Part shown: one piece after another, positions 54,223 to 57,359 of the stretch
Numbering within the stretch: position 1 is the first letter of the stretch
Layout of the letters: every line of letters begins with the position of its first letter
IMG/VR virus record: IMGVR_UViG_3300011429_000011
Coordinates: 1 to 57,359 of that record
DNA: 57,359 nt
Source of the DNA: a virus
Reading direction: 5' to 3' (one strand)
Made by a program: the position numbers and the translations under genes
The notes under the pieces: model-generated
The model's input: only the letters and a program-made list of their open reading frames with translations
What the model was told of the DNA's origin: nothing
Database searches by the model: none

Positions 54223-54433
54223 GGCACAGGCAGTGTTCATCTATGCGGACGGATTGCGCAAGGCGCGTGAAGTCAAAGATCCGCCTCCTTGGATCTTATC
54301 ACTATCCGTCCCATTACATGTGATTCCAACGATCAGCTTCGAGGGAGACATGGGCTCAGCTCAGTATGCTGAAACGCGATTCAAGTTGACTGGTAAGAAT
54401 AACGGATCGTATATCTACAGGGAGATCGTATGA
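54221..54433 (+). CDS. hypothetical small protein
   Basis: 70-aa ORF. Confidence 0.4.
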   Translation: MAQAVFIYADGLRKAREVKDPPPWILSLSVPLHVIPTISFEGDMGSAQYAETRFKLTGKNNGSYIYREIV

Positions 54434-54780
54434 GTGAACATCCGTTCTATCCAAATCCCTCTGCGCTCAATTCCTGCAACGTCTGTGGGTTAGAGAAGCG
54501 ATTTCATTACATCTCTGCAACTGGGATGACTCTTCGGCAAGGCGTCGTCCTAGCTTGGGATGTGTGCCGCCAAGAGAAGCCGAGTTGGAATCGACCGGTC
54601 ATGCTGTTCTGTAAAGATCCGGGCTACTACACGCGAATTGCCAAGAGAGGCGATGATTTGAATGGATCCGCGCTGATCGTGGTGCTCCCCATGCGACGCT
54701 ACGAGTTCGGCAACTTGGAATATCCCGAGGCGCGGGCCTTGATTCAAAAGCTCACATGTCGCGCGTTGCTTATTGACTAG
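54430..54780 (+). CDS. hypothetical protein
   Basis: 116-aa ORF; ATGA overlap. Confidence 0.45.
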   Translation: MSEHPFYPNPSALNSCNVCGLEKRFHYISATGMTLRQGVVLAWDVCRQEKPSWNRPVMLFCKDPGYYTRIAKRGDDLNGSALIVVLPMRRYEFGNLEYPEARALIQKLTCRALLID

Positions 54781-54811
54781 CTGATGCACATATTGCGAAT
54801 CGAGGTCGGCG

Positions 54812-55042
54812 ATGATGATCCACGATGTTACCGGCGAATTAGTCCAGGTCCGCGATTTGGTCGAGAGGCTTACCTATCGCCAAGATAAACGACGACGGAC
54901 TGGCCTGAAGCCTGACGAAACGTTGAACATTTCAATCTGCTACGGATTTCATGCACGTCAGGGTCGCAGTTTGAAGGCGTGCGATATCTGCGGTGCGAGC
55001 GTCGGATGGCTGGTTGTGCGTGGCGAGCTGCGGAAGCCGTGA
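54812..55042 (+). CDS. hypothetical protein
   Basis: 76-aa ORF. Confidence 0.4.
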   Translation: MMIHDVTGELVQVRDLVERLTYRQDKRRRTGLKPDETLNISICYGFHARQGRSLKACDICGASVGWLVVRGELRKP

Positions 55043-55102
55043 AGTTTTGAACATGTTGAAGTTCTTGAAATTCTGGAAATCTCGAAATTCTGGTAATTCG
55101 AG
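55041..55102. repeat. GAAATTCT/TTGAAGTTCT direct-repeat array A
   Basis: gaagttttgaacatgttgaagttcttgaaattctggaaatctcgaaattctggtaattcgag. Related to array B at 56981-57055. Confidence 0.5.
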
Positions 55103-55139
55103 GGATTTGGCCGCGGGAGGCGGGTTGGACCTGCAAATT

Positions 55140-55550
55140 TACGTCTTTTGTAAATTTGTAACTCCCAAAAGTTTGTAACCGGGTCCAAAGTTACAAACGG
55201 GTTACAGGCTAACTCGTTGCAAACAAAGAACTTAGGGCAAACACCAGTGCTCCTAACTCGTTGTAACTTTGTAACCTGCCCCCTATAACCTGCCGAGAAG
55301 CATGGTAGGGGGCTTACCCTAACTGTTACTGCTGTTGCTAAAGGTTTTCAATAGAGTTATAAAGGTTACAGGAGTTACATTGTTGCAAACAAAGCACTTG
55401 ACCCGGGTTACAGGCTGAGTTACACGAGTTACCTCTCGAAGTTACGCCGACGTTTGTCGTTCCAAAATCCCGTGCCGCAGTCGGCACTTTTCGCAGGTTA
55501 CAGAGGTTACACGAGTTACAGACGCATTTTCACTCGGAGTTACATCCATT
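55140..55550. repeat. GTTAC(A)-iteron region; putative origin of replication or other protein-binding array
   Basis: At least 17 copies of GTTAC(A) in both orientations, with higher-order repeats. GGTTACAG x4, CGAGTTAC x3, GGGTTACAGGCT x2, GTTGCAAACAAAG x2, CTAACTCGTTG x2. No ORF. Confidence 0.45.
55472..55491 (+). terminator. rho-independent terminator hairpin inside the repeat region
   Basis: GTGCCG-cagt-CGGCAC followed by TTTT. Confidence 0.4.
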
Positions 55551-55586
55551 CTTCTGATGTTAGCTAAACGTCAAACAAGGAGCGTT

Positions 55587-55793
55587 ATGGAGCCACTCAC
55601 ACGTGACCAAGTCCTCGAACTACTCGCGCAGGCCGCAGAAATCGCTGGACAACTGGAGTCCGCCGAGAAGAAACTGACTGGGACATCAACTGGAATCCTC
55701 GAGACCAGCGTGGTGCCGCCTGTGATCCGTGAGCGGATCCCCAATCAGCGGTGGCCGACGTGGGGCGACCTGCATCGCGCGCTGAACGGATGA
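55587..55793 (+). CDS. hypothetical protein (start MEPLTRD, RBS AAGGAG)
   Basis: Trimmed from the track ORF 55557..55793. Confidence 0.45.
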   Translation: MEPLTRDQVLELLAQAAEIAGQLESAEKKLTGTSTGILETSVVPPVIRERIPNQRWPTWGDLHRALNG

Positions 55794-56053
55794 TGATCAA
55801 CTTCACAGGCTATTTCTGACGCTGTAGTTATCGCTCCGACGCAAGACGCGTGCCAAAAATTCCTCTTCTGCAAAGTCCGTGCCATCTGACAGTCAAGTCC
55901 GACTGGTCAGCTAGATGTCGAGTTGACGTCCATCTGATGTCGGGCTCCGGCACTCATGGCACGGATCTTGCTACGCGCGTGCTCGTGCGCGGTAGTAAGG
56001 TGGAAGCATCCAGTAGACGTCAACATCCTCTGCCAGACGGACTAAAATAATGC

Positions 56054-56082
56054 TTGCGTCGAGTTTAAAACTGTGGTATCGT
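56054..56082 (+). promoter_or_regulatory. conserved phage promoter P9 (TTGCGT-17-TATCGT)
   Basis: TTGCGT cgagtttaaaactgtgg TATCGT. Confidence 0.55.
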
Positions 56083-56103
56083 GTGCTGGTAGGGAGGTAG
56101 GAA

Positions 56104-56364
56104 ATGGCTGAGCAACTCACACCCGAGCAGAAGCAGAAAGCTCTCGATGTCATCAGCGCCATCGCGGATTATATCCAGGCGATGTGCGAGCAGAGTCAGA
56201 AACGCGGGCTCCCCGGCTTGCCGTCCGGTGAGCTCTACGCGGTTCTGATGGCGACTGGGATGGGTTACATGGAGTATCAATCCTTCATTGGCACCCTGCA
56301 GAACATCGGCGCGATCCGCGTCAAGAACAACTGCATCATCTGGCAAGGACTGCCGAGGAGCTGA
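56104..56364 (+). CDS. hypothetical protein
   Basis: 86 aa, RBS GGGAGG. Confidence 0.5.
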   Translation: MAEQLTPEQKQKALDVISAIADYIQAMCEQSQKRGLPGLPSGELYAVLMATGMGYMEYQSFIGTLQNIGAIRVKNNCIIWQGLPRS

Positions 56365-56365
56365 C

Positions 56366-56542
56366 ATGGTGGACTCAAAAGGTCAACAGAAGCGCAAGTA
56401 TCTCGTGGTCTGGGAAGGATGGGTGGAGGGGACGAGCGCTGCGGATGCGTGCGCCACCGTCGAGGAGGCGATTGCCAAGACGCCTGAGTTTGTCGAGATG
56501 GATGACTGCGAAGTTGACGACCCGGAGGGAGAGGAGCTGTAG
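56366..56542 (+). CDS. hypothetical small acidic protein
   Basis: Start MVDSKGQQKR with RBS GAGGAG. Trimmed from the track ORF 56288..56542. Confidence 0.4.
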   Translation: MVDSKGQQKRKYLVVWEGWVEGTSAADACATVEEAIAKTPEFVEMDDCEVDDPEGEEL

Positions 56543-56640
56543 TCCGGCCATCTGGCCGGATCGCCCTATTCAGCTTGATGTCAGAATCTTTCTGCGCATT
56601 CGCCTCGCCGTGTGGTATGCTTGTAGTTGGAGGTAGGCAC

Positions 56641-56931
56641 ATGATCAGTGAAGTACGAACGCTCGTTGCGGACACGCGGCTCATCGACATCGAGGATACC
56701 GATGGCACGGCATTTTGCGACGCCAGCGATCTGATGCTTTCGCCGGGCGTATGGCCGGAGAAAATCGTGATCGTCAACAACGCCATGCCGAAGTCTCACT
56801 TCGCAATTGGCGCAGGCACGATTCTGACTCGCGGCGACCGCACCGAGCGCGCCGGGGAACTGGTCGGCGTGACCTACGTGAGCGAGGACCCTCGAACTGC
56901 ACTGCGGCGGTTGTTCGTCGCGAACGATTGA
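56641..56931 (+). CDS. hypothetical protein
   Basis: Start MISEVRTL with RBS GGAGGT. Trimmed from the track ORF 56575..56931. Confidence 0.45.
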   Translation: MISEVRTLVADTRLIDIEDTDGTAFCDASDLMLSPGVWPEKIVIVNNAMPKSHFAIGAGTILTRGDRTERAGELVGVTYVSEDPRTALRRLFVAND

Positions 56932-56937
56932 AGCTGA

Positions 56938-56968
56938 GGCCGGGGAGTCAATTCCCGGCCTTTCTTTT
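56938..56968 (+). terminator. rho-independent terminator
   Basis: GGCCGGG-gagtcaatt-CCCGGCC followed by TTTCTTTT. Confidence 0.55.
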
Positions 56969-56980
56969 GCCCTGACGAAT

Positions 56981-57055
56981 CAACTTGACATCTAGTTGAA
57001 GTATTGAACTTGCTGAAGTTCTGAAATTCTTGAAATTCCTGAGTCAACAAGATTC
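56981..57055. repeat. GAAATTCT/TTGAAGT direct-repeat array B (between terminator and promoter P10)
   Basis: caacttgacatctagttgaagtattgaacttgctgaagttctgaaattcttgaaattcctgagtcaacaag. Confidence 0.5.
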
Positions 57056-57067
57056 CCAAAATAACGC

Positions 57068-57096
57068 TTGCGTCGGTTTAAAACCTGTGGTATGAT
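57068..57096 (+). promoter_or_regulatory. conserved phage promoter P10 (TTGCGT-17-TATGAT)
   Basis: TTGCGT cggtttaaaacctgtgg TATGAT. Confidence 0.55.
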
Positions 57097-57168
57097 GGTT
57101 TTGTTGGTTGGCGCTGCAATCCCGCGGAGCCAGCCTAGTAACCGGATAGGCGGATGGTGAGGTGTGTG

Positions 57169-57359
57169 ATGGCAAAGGACAAGAATCGGGGCAGCAACAT
57201 GTCAGTGGTCGAGAAGCCTGCGGCCGAGCAGGCGCAGGTCGAGACCCCGGCCGCGGGGTCAGCGGCTGAGGCAACTCTGGCCGTCGGGCCGAACTACACG
57301 CTCGTGTATCGCCGGGATCACCCCCAGGATCGGTGCTCCTACGGCATCGCCGGCGTCAG
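57169..57359 (+). CDS. 5' fragment of a gene continuing beyond the window (MAKDKNRGSNMSVVEKPAAEQAQ…)
   Basis: ATG 6 nt after GGTGAGG. The frame is open to the window end. Confidence 0.45.
   Translation, partial: MAKDKNRGSNMSVVEKPAAEQAQVETPAAGSAAEATLAVGPNYTLVYRRDHPQDRCSYGIAGV

Overview
This window looks like most of a ~57 kb tailed dsDNA phage genome. It is siphovirus-like, with a 1271-aa tape measure protein and no sheath gene. I see no integrase or CI-like repressor, so it is probably virulent. The head/packaging genes lie outside the window: the window starts inside a + strand gene and ends inside another. Layout: (i) + strand late module, 1-13.2 kb: two paralogous tail-tube proteins, a G/GT tail chaperone with a -1 frameshift, the tape measure protein, a LamG-domain distal tail protein, a Gly-rich fibre, a clan GH-A-like hydrolase, a holin and a lipoprotein. 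(ii) - strand early/middle block, 13.3-48.9 kb: ATP-dependent DNA ligase, UvrD-like and SNF2 helicases, a DnaQ-like exonuclease, family-A DNA polymerase, VRR-NUC nuclease, two RHH regulators, an HNH homing endonuclease in an AT-rich island, an HExxH peptidase, and a pectate-lyase-fold beta-helix protein. This block also holds a cluster that suggests a DNA hypermodification pathway: a ThyA-family enzyme, a sugar-1-kinase-like plus nucleotidyltransferase pair, two GT-A-like proteins and two nucleotidases. Its most striking gene encodes an 852-aa homologue of the eukaryotic major vault protein. (iii) + strand block, 49.2-57.4 kb: PrimPol/VirE-like primase, a wHTH protein, many small proteins and a ~400 bp GTTAC-iteron region. 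Eleven near-identical sigma70-type promoters share a conserved palindromic spacer (CAGTTTTAAACTG); four appear to give leaderless mRNAs. I see no convincing rRNA, tRNA or CRISPR. All protein-family calls come from motifs read by eye; none are database hits.
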